Shown here piece after piece: positions 21,810-34,300 of a DNA stretch of 64,000 bases. Source of the DNA: Caecitellus pseudoparvulus (lineage: Eukaryota; Protista; Bigyra: Bicosoecida); assembly GCA_965644315.1 (NCBI GenBank), contig CBFFRQ010000018.1, positions 310,001-374,000 on the forward strand. The letters run 5' to 3'. Every line of letters begins with the position of its first letter. The first letter of the stretch is position 1. The position numbers were made by a program, and so were the translations under genes. Under the pieces are notes generated by a model that worked only from the letters and a program-made list of their open reading frames with translations, did not search any database and was not told the origin of the DNA.

Positions 21810-24380
21810 TCAATGCATGCCAGAATCAGGGGGAGCTGTGGCTTCGGGCACCTGTGGCGCGCGCTCAAACACCGCCACCAGCTCGGTGTGGGGCGTGTGT
21901 GGGAAGAGGTCCACTGGGACAGCCTTCACGAGCTGGAACGGGTGGCCTGGCCGTCTAGAATGGTAGCCGCCCCCCACTGCACACAGGGCCGCGGCGTCTG
22001 CCACAAAACTGCCTGTCGGGTTGCAGCTGACATACACGAGGCGGTCCACTGCCTTGCACTGGCGCAGAGCCAGCAGGACAGCTTTGTGCAGGCCTGCTCT
22101 GGGGGGGTCCAGCAGGGCTACAATGCGCCGGCTGGGGCCCTCGGAGGAGGCCACCCCCTCAGGGGCAGCCAGGCTGTCCAAGTTGCCTTGCCCGCCGCCC
22201 GCAATGGCGGCGGAGGCTTGCTCAATTTGGCTTGCCAGGGCAGCCGGGTCCTCAGTGGTGGCCAGGTTCACGACGCACTTCATGGCATGCTCGGCGCGGG
22301 AGGCAAGGAAGTGAGCACCGGACGTGATGCCGTTGGCTGCCGCATTGGCCACGGCATCCTTCACTGCGCCAGCGTCCAGCTCCACGCCGACCAGGCGTGC
22401 AACCGCAAGAGTGCCCAGAGATGGGGCCCCGCTCACAGCAGGCGCTGCAGGGGCGCCTGGGTCCCCTTCAGCGACAGGCTGGCGGGAGTTCGGGACAAAC
22501 CCAGTCGAGTGCGGCTCGCTGTCTGGCGATGGGGTGGTGGAAACAGCCCCCGCCCCCACGCTGAGGCCTATGGTACCTGTGCCACAGCACACGTCCAGGA
22601 GCACAGTATCGGGCGTGACCCCCGCCCACTCCCTGACTTGATCGTACAACACCTCTGTTCCGCCGATGTTGGTTTGGAAGAACGCCGAGGGAGACACGTG
22701 GAAGGTCAGGCCCTGCAGGCGTTGCTGCAGGCTGGCTGAGCCGGCCAAGTGCCGGAAGCCCGAGTTGTCGCTTGGAACAGACAAAGACGCGTACTCCTGC
22801 ACGTACAGGGATGTGACTCGGGGTGTGGCCAGAGCAGGCGCGCCGCTCGGGGCACTGGGCTCGGCAGGGTACACGAACCGCCGCTGCGCCACCCCCTGCC
22901 GCTCCCCAGCGGCGGCCATGTTCAGACACCAGTACCGCTTGTTCCCCGAAGTGTGCTGTGGTTGCTCATCGGCAGGAGCACCTTGCGCCACTGCCGCGTG
23001 TTTGGCGAGGAACCGATCCTGAGCTTCCTTGTGCTCTGCCAGCTCGCCGGCGTCACTGGCGTAGTCAGCTGGCAGGACCAGGCTGGCAGCCGCTGGCAGG
23101 TCTGCCTCGAGAAGCAGCGTCTGCAGGCGCTGTAGCTCCGCAGCGTACAGCACTTCAAGTTCTGCCTTTTGCAGCAGCTGCACGCCCTTGTCTGCGGTGT
23201 CTGGGGCTTCCACAGCTGAGGTGAGCAACTCCAGCGCTGCTTGCTGAGACGCTTGCACGCGCAAGACTGCCTTGCTGTGTGCAGGGCGGGCGGCATTCTC
23301 CAGCAGGACCTTGTAGGCGCGTGCGTTCAGCTCCACATCAGCGATGGTGCGCAGGCTATCGGGCGTGGTGGCAGCGGGTGCGACGGAGTCGGTGTTCAGC
23401 GGCACATGAGCGGCGGGGGGGCTGGCTGCCATGATGACCATGCACTCAGGGTGAGACGTGCTGGTGCGCACTGTCACAGACCGCCACACACCAGTGTGCA
23501 AGGCCAGGTCGTACACCTGCAGGGGGGATCCTCGCAGGAAGTCCGTGACAACGCCGGCCACTGCCCGAGCTGTGGGGTGCGTGTTGATGCTGTTGGCAGG
23601 GTCGGCCACGAGGCACCCGGCGCCTTCCCCGAACCCTCCCTGCCTATACCCAGCCAAGGGAGCCCCAGTCTCGTCCCTGCTCAGTGTGAAAGTGACCTTG
23701 TTTCTGAACTCGGTGGTGTGAGGTGAGGGCAGGATACGGTGCACCGCACAGGGCAGGGCCGAGCGTTGCCCTGGCTCCAGCCACTCAGGCAGCATGCTCT
23801 TGGCCTCCTCGTCGGTGGCTGCGGCGGCCTTGGACCGGCGGTGCTTGGACCGCAGCACCCCAATGCTGTCCTTCACCATCTCCCGCCCCGCTGCGCGGAG
23901 AGCTCGCATGATGTCGCACTGCTTGACCCGGAGCTGTTCAGGGTAGGCCACTCGGTACAGCGGCGTCACGACGTCATGCACGCTGCGCCCCGGCTCCTTG
24001 GCGCCTTCGCCTCTCGCCCGCTTGGCGGTGGGAGGCCCCTCAACTGAGCCACGGTGTGCAGACCCACCTCCCGCGACTCGCTCAGCCCATCGCCCGGACG
24101 CCTTGCGCACGGCTGCCGCTGCGTCACCTTGCAGCACCTCCCTCGCACGCTCCTTGGCCCGCAACTTCTTCGGAAGGGAGGGAATGATGCCTGTGGCAGC
24201 CTCGAGGGCTTCCAGGGACTCGAAGTCTGCCCACAGCGTCGTCGCAGTGGGCTTGGGCTTGGTCACCAGCAGCGCTGCGATGCCTGCAGAGTGGAGCGCG
24301 CCCAGAACCTTTCCTGGTCGGGCATACCGGTCACAGCCCATAACAAGTCGATGGATGGTGTCGTCTCCGCTGGCTGCCAT
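21810..24380 (-). CDS. TRMT2A: tRNA (uracil-54-C5)-methyltransferase, TRM2/TRMT2A family, with long insertions
   Basis: DVVTPL..YPEQL..KQ, FRNKVTF, SPSAFFQTN, LDVCCGTGTIG, DPPRAG, YVSCNP, VDLFPHTPHTE. An alternative in-frame upstream ATG lies at 24500. Confidence 0.92.
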   Translation of the reverse strand: MAASGDDTIHRLVMGCDRYARPGKVLGALHSAGIAALLVTKPKPTATTLWADFESLEALEAATGIIPSLPKKLRAKERAREVLQGDAAAAVRKASGRWAERVAGGGSAHRGSVEGPPTAKRARGEGAKEPGRSVHDVVTPLYRVAYPEQLRVKQCDIMRALRAAGREMVKDSIGVLRSKHRRSKAAAATDEEAKSMLPEWLEPGQRSALPCAVHRILPSPHTTEFRNKVTFTLSRDETGAPLAGYRQGGFGEGAGCLVADPANSINTHPTARAVAGVVTDFLRGSPLQVYDLALHTGVWRSVTVRTSTSHPECMVIMAASPPAAHVPLNTDSVAPAATTPDSLRTIADVELNARAYKVLLENAARPAHSKAVLRVQASQQAALELLTSAVEAPDTADKGVQLLQKAELEVLYAAELQRLQTLLLEADLPAAASLVLPADYASDAGELAEHKEAQDRFLAKHAAVAQGAPADEQPQHTSGNKRYWCLNMAAAGERQGVAQRRFVYPAEPSAPSGAPALATPRVTSLYVQEYASLSVPSDNSGFRHLAGSASLQQRLQGLTFHVSPSAFFQTNIGGTEVLYDQVREWAGVTPDTVLLDVCCGTGTIGLSVGAGAVSTTPSPDSEPHSTGFVPNSRQPVAEGDPGAPAAPAVSGAPSLGTLAVARLVGVELDAGAVKDAVANAAANGITSGAHFLASRAEHAMKCVVNLATTEDPAALASQIEQASAAIAGGGQGNLDSLAAPEGVASSEGPSRRIVALLDPPRAGLHKAVLLALRQCKAVDRLVYVSCNPTGSFVADAAALCAVGGGYHSRRPGHPFQLVKAVPVDLFPHTPHTELVAVFERAPQVPEATAPPDSGMH

Positions 24381-24855
24381 GCTGAAGAAGTTGTGCGGCG
24401 CGCGTTCCGACGGGCCTGGCAGAGGGGCACAGCGGAAAATGAAAGCACCACGCAGTCGGGGCGAGTCCTTTCTGGCCTGGCAGGCAAAGCGAGCAAGCAT
24501 AGCTCGGAAGTGCGCGCCTCTGCACACACTAGCAAGGCGTGCAGCGTGTACTCTACTCCGGATCGAGAATTTGCAGCCTTGCGGTGGACTGCCTGGGCCG
24601 CAGTCACTCTGCATCGCAATGCCGGGGCCGCAACACATTCGGTGACTGAAGGAGTCCGGACATCTACATGGCCGACGACATCGGGGCGCGATCTTTCCGC
24701 GCCCGCGTGTTGCCTGGCTGAGCAGTCGAGCTGCGGGCTGTTGAGTGCAGGTTCCTTGGCTCCTCGCCTCCCACCCCGACGAGCGCCGGAAGCTGGACTG
24801 AGGGGCCAGCTGGAGCCGCTAGGAGCACCTGGACTGACGCACCACTAGACTTACC

Positions 24856-27800
24856 ATGGGTTTCTTGAAGGGAGGCACTCCTCTGCCTTGGAGCAAGGCG
24901 ATGCGCCATCTCAAGTATGGTGAGCCGCGGAATTCGATGTTGCCTCAGCTTCCGAGCCGGTCCCGCACGTGACCTGCAACGCCCGCGCCTTCACAGTCAG
25001 GGAGCACGGTGTTGAGCAGTTCATTCGCACCTACAAACGTGTCAAAGACCGCAAGAACGACCAGCTGCGCTGGGGAGACGAGGTGAGACGCCGCAGCACG
25101 TTGCAATGTCGTGGTTTGACAGGGCGGACCCGCACCTGCAGCCATGGAACGTGCCACCTGAATGCGCGGGCTTTTGCAGTTGGAATACCACCTGGTGCTG
25201 TTCGACGAAGAAAAGCGCACAGTGCAAATGGCTTGCATTGCCCCGGAAGTGCTGGCAGCGTTGGAAGCCGAGGACGACGAGCATGACTTTCCTCAAACTG
25301 TGACCTGGCACCCTGAGTATGGCAGCTGGATGGTGGAGGCCACCCCGGGGCAGCCCTACGGCCGCATGACTTCTGACCTGCGCACGGTGGAGCCCAACAT
25401 GGCCTTTCGCCGCGCCCGCATCCAAGGCGTCCTCGACCGAGTGCAGCCAGCGGCGAGGCCCCTGTCCAGCGTCGTGTTTCCGCTCATGGGCGTGGGCGGC
25501 GCCTTCACCTTCCCAGCTGCAGCTGTGGGCGGCTTTCATTCGCGATCTGAGTACTTTTCGGACCTCGCCATTTCCCCACACCCGCGCTTCGGAACGCTGA
25601 CGGCCAACATCCGTCGGCGCCGTGGCGAGCGCGTGTGCATCCTGCTGCCGGTGTTTCCGGACACCAAGACGGACCTGGACCGGCCTGTGACGTACTTGGA
25701 TGAAGAGGCACAGCTGGCCTCCGGCCCGCAGCCGCTGTACCACACCACCCACCAAGTGCCCTTGCCAGACGAGGAGACACAGGGGGAGGAGGAGGTGGCG
25801 GAGGGGGCGGCGGCGGCGGTGCCCCCTCCTCTGCCTCACCATGACGCAGGCGGCATCCGGCACTCCGAGACACCCCACATGACGCTGCCGTCCATGCTCT
25901 TGGAGGCTGCGGCGAGGCAGGCGACAGACGGGGCGCTGGGGTCGGCTTCGGCTGACTCAAGCGAGGCCCCCGTCGATCAACCTACGACTGTTTTGGGTGG
26001 CGGCACTCACCCCACACGCCTCCCACTACCACCCAAGAGCGCTGCCACTGCTGCTGCCTGCTTGAAGGGCCCGCCAGTGTTCACTTCCCGTGCAGATGTG
26101 GGGCTGGATGTGCAGAGCGATGCCGCCAGCGCTGCCAGTGCGGGGTTCCTGCCACCTGGGTGGGTCCACGGCGACGCCATGGGGTTCGGCATGGGCTGCT
26201 GCTGCCTGCAGGTAACGTTTCAAGCGCGGGACCTTCGGGAAAGCAGGTTCTTGTACGACCAACTGGCCATCCTAGCTCCCATCCTGCTGGCGCTGACCGC
26301 CAACACCCCCATTTTCAGGGGGCGCCTGCTGAACACAGACACAAGGTGGGACATCATTGCCGCTTCGGTGGACTGCCGCACTCCCTCAGAGCGGCAGGGT
26401 GCGCTTGGCATGAACGGGCTGCCCCGTGCGGCTGAGCTGGCTCGCTCTGCAGCTGCGGCGGCAGTGCGTGCGGGGGAGGCTGAATCGCCCAGCGCCGCCA
26501 CAATGACACCTGCTGTGGGCGCAGCCGTGGAAGCGGCGCCGGCATTTCCCCATGGTGACGGGGCCTGGGGCGGCGAGTGGCCGGCGGCTGCATGGCAGCG
26601 GGACGCCTCCCCTGCCGAAGTGGCGGGGGCTGCCGGGGCGGGCGTGCGCGGCCTGCCCAAGAGCCGCTACGACAGCGTGTCCCTGTTCCTGTCGGAGTCT
26701 AAATGGGCTCTACCGGCGTACAATGATGTGCAGGCGCCCATTGACCAGGGGGCGTACGCGCAGCTCGTCGCTGGGGGGGTGGACGACAAGCTGGCCCAGC
26801 ACATTGCTCACTTGTTCATTCGGGACCCACTGGTGATTTTCACCGGCGCCATTTCCGAGGTGGATGACGACGCAAGCACTGAGCACTTCGAGAACATCCA
26901 GAGCACAAACTGGCAGAGCGTGAGGTGGAAGCCGCCGCCACCAGATCGAGAGGACATTGGCTGGCGTGTGGAGATCCGGACGATGGAGGTGCAGTTAACA
27001 GACTTTGAAAACGCCGCCTTCACCGTCTTCACAGTGCTGGCTTCCAGGGTGATCTTGTTCTTTGACCTGAACATGTACGTGCCCATGTCCCTGGTGCAGG
27101 AGAACTTTGCACGAGCGCGGGCTCCGGGGGCCGTCAGCCAGGGGAAGTTCTGGTTCCGGCGCAACGTCACGCCCCTGGCAGAGCAGAGCAAGCCGGCAGC
27201 TGGCACGACGTCGGCTGGTGCTGGCAGCGGTGCGCCTGCTGTGGATTGGGAGGAGATGAGCATGGCTGAGATCGTGCTGGGCAAGGGCTCAGATGGCCCT
27301 TCTGGCGCGTCTGTCGCCTTCCCAGGTCTCATCCCGCTCATTTTTGCGTACCTTGACATCATCAACTGCGATGCAGTAACCCGCATGACTGTGGACGGGT
27401 ACCTTCGCCTGGTTGCCGACAGGGCCAGGGGCATCGCGCAGAGTGGTGCCACGTGGACCCGGGCCTTTGTGCAGTCCCACCCAGACTACAAGCAAGACTC
27501 TGTCGTCTCTCCCAGCATTGCTCATGACTTGCTCAGGCGCATGGACGACGTCGCGAGTGGAAAGGTCATCGACAAGGACTTGCTGTGTGCCGCCGCCGAG
27601 CTGCATGCCGCCAACGCAGCTGCCGCACAGAGCGACGCTGCTTTGGGGCAAGGCGGAGCAGAGGGCGGCCCTGAAGCCCCTGGGGCAGCAATCGCTCCCG
27701 TGGCTCGGCCTTCGTCGGATGCACTGCTGCGTGGGGCATCCTTCGCCGAAGAGCTACGCTCCGTCCAGGATTGCTTGGTGCTGCAGTCCTTGGTGAGTCA

Positions 27801-27876
27801 GTACACCATCAAGTCCTCCTTTGCAGACACGCCTGCTTTCCTGCCACAGGCTCTGTTTACCAGCGGAGGGCAGTGA
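24856..27876 (+). CDS. GCLC: Glutamate-cysteine ligase catalytic subunit (animal/fungal type)
   Basis: MGFLKGGTPLPW..WGDELEY, WHPEYGSWMVEATP, DAMGFGMGCCCLQVTFQ, PKSRYDS, HFENIQSTNWQ, GWRVEIRTME. Introns 24920-24996 and 25083-25179. Confidence 0.96.
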
Positions 27877-27879
27877 GAC

Positions 27880-27887
27880 AATGCATT
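27880..27887. promoter_or_regulatory. AATGCATT palindrome, candidate bidirectional 3'-end element
   Basis: Lies in the 35-nt gap between convergent stops 27876 and 27912. Confidence 0.5.
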
Positions 27888-27911
27888 CGCGGCAAGCCTT
27901 TGTGGCACACC

Positions 27912-29304
27912 CTACCCCTTGTGCTCTCGGGCAATGTCTTGGGAGCAGAACGCTACGTGCAGCAGAGACGACTCATCCCAAAAGCCGGAATCATGGATGT
28001 AGGCATGCAACTTGGAATCCGGATCTGGGTACGGGTGGCCGCTCTGCAGCACCCAGTCCTCGATGCTTAGCTGGCTGGTGCCGATGAGGGCACCGATGAA
28101 GGGTGCGTGGATGTCTGTGATGGCGCGCTGCCATTCCGGGTGGCTTGAGCGCGTGAACTCCAACGCAGCCTTGGCATCCATGAACAGGGAAAAGATGCTG
28201 TTCCGCGAGAATTTGCTCGCCGCAGCGGACACGCTGTCGTACAAGCTGCCTCGCCCTGCTCCCCGAGCAAACTTTCGGCGGCGGTTGAGGACGTCCCGGC
28301 TCTCGCCGCCCAGCGGGTTCACTAGCGAGAACACCTCCCAGTACAAGGCAGATAGGTATGCGTTGAAGGCGGCAGGGTCCCGGGCCTTGTCCAGCAAAAA
28401 AGCCACCACATTGTCCTTCGTGGGCAGCGCGTCACACGGATGCTGCAAGAGCTTCCGCAGGCGCTGGCGATTGTACACCGGCACTTCAGCAAACACCTCC
28501 ACAGTGTAGTACAGGCGCAGAGAGAGGGCGCTATCGAAGCTCTCAAGCGCTCGTGCCACGGTGGTGTCCTCTGCCTCTGCCGCAGCTACCATCGCACAGG
28601 CTTGGGAGGTTGCGCGCATGAAGCGTGGGGATGCAACAAATGCAGCCATGTGAGCCAGGTCGTGCTCACACAAGCTCTGATTAGTGTGCTCACGGATGGG
28701 CTCCCCGATCGGGAAGTACCCAGAGGACAGCATGTTCACGAAGACCTTGGGTGTGAGGAGGTTCAGAGGTTCTGCTCCGGACGGCACGTCGCCTCCCAGC
28801 GGCACGAACCTGACCTCCCCAGTGGAGTCCTGGAATGCCTTGGCTGGCCACAGCACGCCCGCGGACCCAGATGATGCGGAGATCTCAGAGAGTTGATCAA
28901 AGACCCACCGCATTGAGGCATGGAACGGCGCCGGGCTCGGCGCTGCGGCAAAGAGGTCATACCCCATCCGCTGGAGGTCTGCCACGTACGGGTCCCCGTA
29001 CATCTGCAGGGGCGGCAAGGGAGACTAGGGGCTTGCACAGACAAGTGGACCAGCACCTGACTGGGCCCAGACTCACCCCTGCGTTTCGGTAGACGCCAAG
29101 GTTGCCATGGAAGTTCTCAGCAATGCAGGCATCGGCTGAAGCGAAGAAGTGCCGCCAGTACTCTGGCAGCTCCCGCTCAGGCCGCAGGGTGGGAACAGCG
29201 TCAGAGTGCAGCTGATGAATAGCACCATATACACTTGATAGGGAGCTCGTCGTGCCCCTCTGTAGCGCAGCTGGTGCTCTGCGCACCGCTGCTGTGGCCA
29301 GCAT
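27912..29304 (-). CDS. Hypothetical protein with possible mitochondrial presequence and an EHDxxH motif
   Basis: Exon 1 (MLATAAVRRAPAALQRG...YRNAG) splices via intron 29004-29076 to MYGDPY. The product has globular composition and contains CEHDLAHMAAF. Confidence 0.65.
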
Positions 29305-29431
29305 GGCGTGGTGGGCTGAGCGTCGCAGCAACCAGCCACCTGGCACGGGGCAGAGCGGTGCTGCCTGGGCTCACTGGCAAGTCCAGCATGCATTTCTGCC
29401 ACACTGGGGCAGTGTGTGTGTGTTCAGCTGA

Positions 29432-30852
29432 CTAATGCGCGGCCTGGCCAACTGACCGCTCTGCGGCAGCGTACTGCGTGATGCCAAACGGCATGGGTGA
29501 GTCATCTCCATCAGCCGGGAACTTGGCGGTCATGGGAGGCATCCACACCACTGGCGCAGGCTCATCAGCTGCCGTGGCCAGCCCCAGGACGTGCTTGAAG
29601 TACAGGATGGTGGGCTGGACGCCGTCCAGAGCAGCGACGCGAGGGCGCCACCCCAGGACCCTGGCAGCCTTGGAGTTGTCTGGCTTGCGCTTCTTGGGGT
29701 CGTCCACGACAGCAGGGATGCGAACGATGTCCACCGACGAACCGAGGGTGCCCTTGATGGCCTCGGCCCACTCGGAAATGGTGTACTCGTATGGGTTGCC
29801 CAAGTTCACAGGGCCCTGCTCATCAGATGCCATGAGGCAGATGAGGCCCTGCACCAAGTCAGAGACGTACTGGAAGGAGCGAGTCTGGCTCCCGTCGCCG
29901 TAGATTTGAATGGGCTGAGAGGGGTCCTCCTGCAGGGCGTACTTGATGAAGTTGCTGACGACGCGCCCATCGTTGGGCTCCATGCGAGGCCCGAAGGTGT
30001 TGAAGATGCGGGCAATGCGCACCTCCACGTTGTGTTGCTGGCGGTAGCAGTAGCACATGCTCTCAGCAACTCGCTTGCCCTCGTCGTAGCAGGAGCGAGG
30101 CCCGAGGGTGTTTACGTTGCCCCAGTAATCCTCTCGCTGGGGGTGCTGCTCGGGGTCGCCGTAGATCTCCGACGTGGAGGTAAACAGCAGCCTCGCCCCC
30201 ACACGCTTGGCCAGTCCAAGCATGTTCATGGTACCGTGGGTGGAGCACTTGATGGTCTTGATGGGGTTGTGCTGGTAGTGGGGCGGGGAGGCAGGGCACG
30301 CCAAGTGGTAGATCTGGTCCACCTCGACGTAGAATGGGTTGGTCACATCATGCTGGAAGAACTCGAAGTTCGGGTGGCCTGTGCAGGGGATGGAGGGGAC
30401 CACAGCAGTGGACATGGAGTCAGGCGGAGCGGAAATTGCACGCCAGCCTCACCAAGCCAGTGCTCAATGTTGCGGCGCCGCCCAGTGAACAGGTTGTCCA
30501 TGACATACACGATGTTTCCCTGCAGCATCAACACATCCACCAAGTTGCTGCCGACGAAGCCAGCCCCTCCAGTCACCAGGATACGCAGCGGAGAGAGGTT
30601 CTGTGCCACCTCCGGGTAAGTCTTGCCCAAAGTGCCGCCCTTGGAGACCATTGGGCGCTGCACAGCAAGCTGTGCCGCCACCTCACGCTTCACTGCTGCA
30701 GTCAAATCCTCCACCTTCTCCCCCGACTTCTCAGCTCGAGCGCGCAGCGCGATGGCCAAGCCGCCAAAGCCCACACCTGTTGCGAAGGCCACAGCAGCTG
30801 TGGCCCACTTCCAGGCGCTGCTATCCGACGAGGTTGTGCTGGAGGCGGCCAT
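29432..30852 (-). CDS. UXS1: UDP-glucuronate decarboxylase (UDP-xylose synthase) with N-terminal membrane anchor
   Basis: [60 protein letters not shown]. Intron 30379-30452. Confidence 0.96.
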
Positions 30853-31364
30853 TTTTCGAGATGGACTGCAAGTGAGACAATGCACACTCAGTGAAGGCAG
30901 GCAGGGAGCGTGTACGGCAGCAGCTAGCTCGCCAGAGTCGTCGGAGTGGCCGCACAGGAATTTGGACGAATGCTCACCTGCTTGACTGCGTGCCAGCGGC
31001 AAAGGTAGACCACACAGCGCCAACCAACGAAGAATGAACACACGAATTCCGATCGACGTATTTGATGTTTAGTCGCTAGCGAGTCTTTGCGGCTTCGCAG
31101 GCTTGTGCTCGAGTGCGGGAAGATCCAAACTGCCAAGCTTGCCAAAACCCCAAAGGGGCATACAAGTCTTGTGCCACATATTCGATCAACTAGCTATAAT
31201 TCAACCCAAGTCTTCTGCAGAGTTCACCCAGCAGCGTCTGTGCTCTGCCTGCCTGGGCATTGCTTGTCAGGAGGGTTGTCGCAGCGACCATCCAGACCTC
31301 CTGCTGCGAGGGCGCCGACCTGCAGCTTGCGACTTTGCGTGGGTGCTGCAGAGCTAAAGGCTAG

Positions 31365-34300
31365 ATGAGCGAGCAGGATGCCTTTGAAGTGGCGGTAGAC
31401 CAGGAGGCACAGCGAGGGTCTGCGGGCGCGCAGGGCGGCGCGGGTTCACTGTCCCCCCCTGGCTCTCCAACCGGCTCACCTCGAGCCTTCCGTGGGCCAG
31501 AGCATCCCCACTCAGCGTCAACAGCCGCGCTGCAGCTGCACGGGTCCCACCTGAGCGGGGGAATTGGCGCCTCCTTATCATCGGCACTGTCTCTGCCTGC
31601 CCTGCCCTCTGCGAGTCCAGAGGGAGCCTTGCCGGGCTGGTCTCCGCGTCGCAAGGCAGCGGCGGCCGACTGGGCACGGAACATTGCCCAGCGTGCGCCA
31701 AAGCCCTCATCGCAAGAAGCAGCTACGAAGCCATATGACCCTCGCTTCCTCCCGGCCTGGCTTCGAGAACGCGAAGAGTATGCGACCGTGCGGGCTGCGA
31801 CCAAGGCTGCGGCAGCCGCGGCGGCTGGCACCCACACTGCCGTTTTGACACACCAGCTTCTGTTCGTGAAGCAGGCGTTGCAAACACCCTCCCAGATGCG
31901 CGGAGAGCGGGAGATGGCGCTGCTCCTGCGCTGGCTGCGAGGCCAGCGTCGTTTCGCCCACCTGACCCATCCCCAACTGCGCACAGTGGCGCGGTGCATG
32001 ACGCTGTCATCCTTGCCTCAGGGCGCAGAGGTGCGTGAGGGAGTGGCTGCGGTGTACTTCGTGTTGGAGGGCGCCGTGCGCATCGTAAGGTGGGCGTCAG
32101 CCGCGGCCAAGAAGCGGCGCCAGGCTCCCGCATCTGTGCTCATCGTGCCGCCTGGCTGCGGCTTTGGCGGCCACAGTGGCTGGGATCGCCTGACAGCCCG
32201 CCTGGCAGAAGCAGCTCGGAAGGGCTCCTTCTCCGCGACATCGGAAGGTGGGCACATCCAGCGTGTGCTGCTGCGGGCTAAGGGGGCAGCTGCGAGGCTG
32301 AGGCTGAGTCAGCTGGGCTCAGCGAGTGGCACAGACAGCGTCTGGAAGGCAGCGGGAGCGGGAGACGGCGGCAGCAGCTCTGACAGCGAATCGAGCGTGG
32401 AAGGGGACATGGCAAGTGTAGTGCAAGGCACTGTGGATGCTGTGAGGGGCGGCGCCATGGCCCGTGCAGAGGCCGGCGTGGAGCGGCAGCGCATGCTCGG
32501 CCGCCTGCGCCGCATGACGTTCTTTGACCCTGCTACGTGCGAAGCCCGCGCAGCCTCACCGGAAGAGCTGCGAGCGGTGTTGCAAGGAGGCACGGCAGCA
32601 CCAATGGACTACTTGGCGCACTGCCGGAGCCAGGGACGGGAGGCGGATGCCTGGCGCGGGGCAGAGGCGAGCGGTCCTGCTTCGCCGCCACTCCTGGCCG
32701 CTCGAGGCATCAGTAGCTCCATGACTGTCGTGGCCCGCTTGGGTTCGGTGGAGTTTGCCACGGCGTGGACGCTGCAGCGAGAGGCGTTCGTGAAGTCTGT
32801 CTTGGATTGGCTGCGTGTCTCTGATGTGACGCTGCTGGCTGACTGTTCCCAGACGCGCCTGAAGGCTCTGGCAGCGGTGGTGGAGGAGCGGGTGTTCTCC
32901 CCCGGAGACGTCGTGTTCAAGCAGGGCGATGAGGCTCGCTGCATCGTGCTGATTAAGTCTGGCGAGGCAGACGTGGCAGTGCAGACCCTGGGGCACGCAA
33001 AGCAGTCTTGGCCTGTCACTGCAGCCTCGTGGAAGGTGCGCACCGTACAGCACGCCAAGCAGCGACACTTGGGTCGCATTGCGACAGGGGCCGTTTGTGG
33101 CCACGAAGCTGTGCTCAATATGCAGGAGTATCGGCCTGCACCGCACATTGGGGACGTGCCGACCTTCGTGGCAGTGAGACCAGCAGACTCATCGCCCACC
33201 CACACGTCACCAACGTCACCTACGGGGGGCTTTGCCTCAGTCGTGTACCAGAAGATGGCAGTGAGTGGCGCTGCGGCTACTGACCTACTCACACCAGGAG
33301 CTGAGAGTCCCGGAGAGGATGCTGCGTCCCCTGGGCCTGGGTCCCCCAAGCTGGGTTCCCCTGTGCACACCCCGCTGCCAACGTCAAGCAGAGGAGCAGC
33401 AGAGAGCGCTGCTCGGGACTCAGCTCTGAAGGCTCTCTCGCCTGGGGCTCAGCGCGTACTGGCTATGCTGGCCCCATCTCGGCCAAAGCACATCGAGCCC
33501 AGCGCACACCTTCCCAGCCGCAGAGCATTCACCCTCACAGCACACACGCCCCTCACAGTGCTGGTGCTCCCCCAAGACCGCATTTTCCACGTCCTGCAGG
33601 GCGCTGCAGCGCTGTCACGGCTGGCTGTGGCAGCTGAGGCCTTGGTGTGGGCGCAGTGGCTTGCCCGGCGGGCAGACGAGCTGGCCGATGCGGAGTCAGG
33701 CTGGCAGGACGGCGAGGTGGCCACCGCCGAGGTGCTGTCCACCTTCGCAGAGAGTGCCATGCGCAAGCGACTGGAGCGTATCCGTAAGCGTGCCAGTCGG
33801 TCTGGTAGCATGCCCAGCCTGGGCATGGGGCACCTTAGCACCAGCGCCATGGGGCGGCGCCTGCGTTCAGCACAGGGTCGAGCGCTTGAAGAGGACGGGC
33901 ATGCGCTGCGGTACACCAACTTCTTACCCCAGCCGACAGAGGCAGAGGTACAGGCAAGGGCCATTGGCCTGCCCATGGTGCTGCAGCCGAGTGCATACGC
34001 CAACGTTGTCGCTACGCTTCGGCGATCCAGCACATCGCGCGAGGGGAGCGGGGCGGGCAACCGCAGGGGCGGCCAGTGGCCCCGCCGGCCACTGCCCGCA
34101 GACAGTGTCAGCGGTGCTGTTGGCAGCGCCATCTTCGCAACGTCTCCCTCACCCAGCTTGGCCTTGGCGAGGAAATTGGCCGAGAAGGAGCGCAGAGGGG
34201 TGCTTGCAGCATGTGTGGGCGACAAGTATGGCAAGCAGATCGGCCTCGTGCATGAGGGCAGAGGGCACAGCGCCGACATGCCCCAGTGGAGCACAGACGT

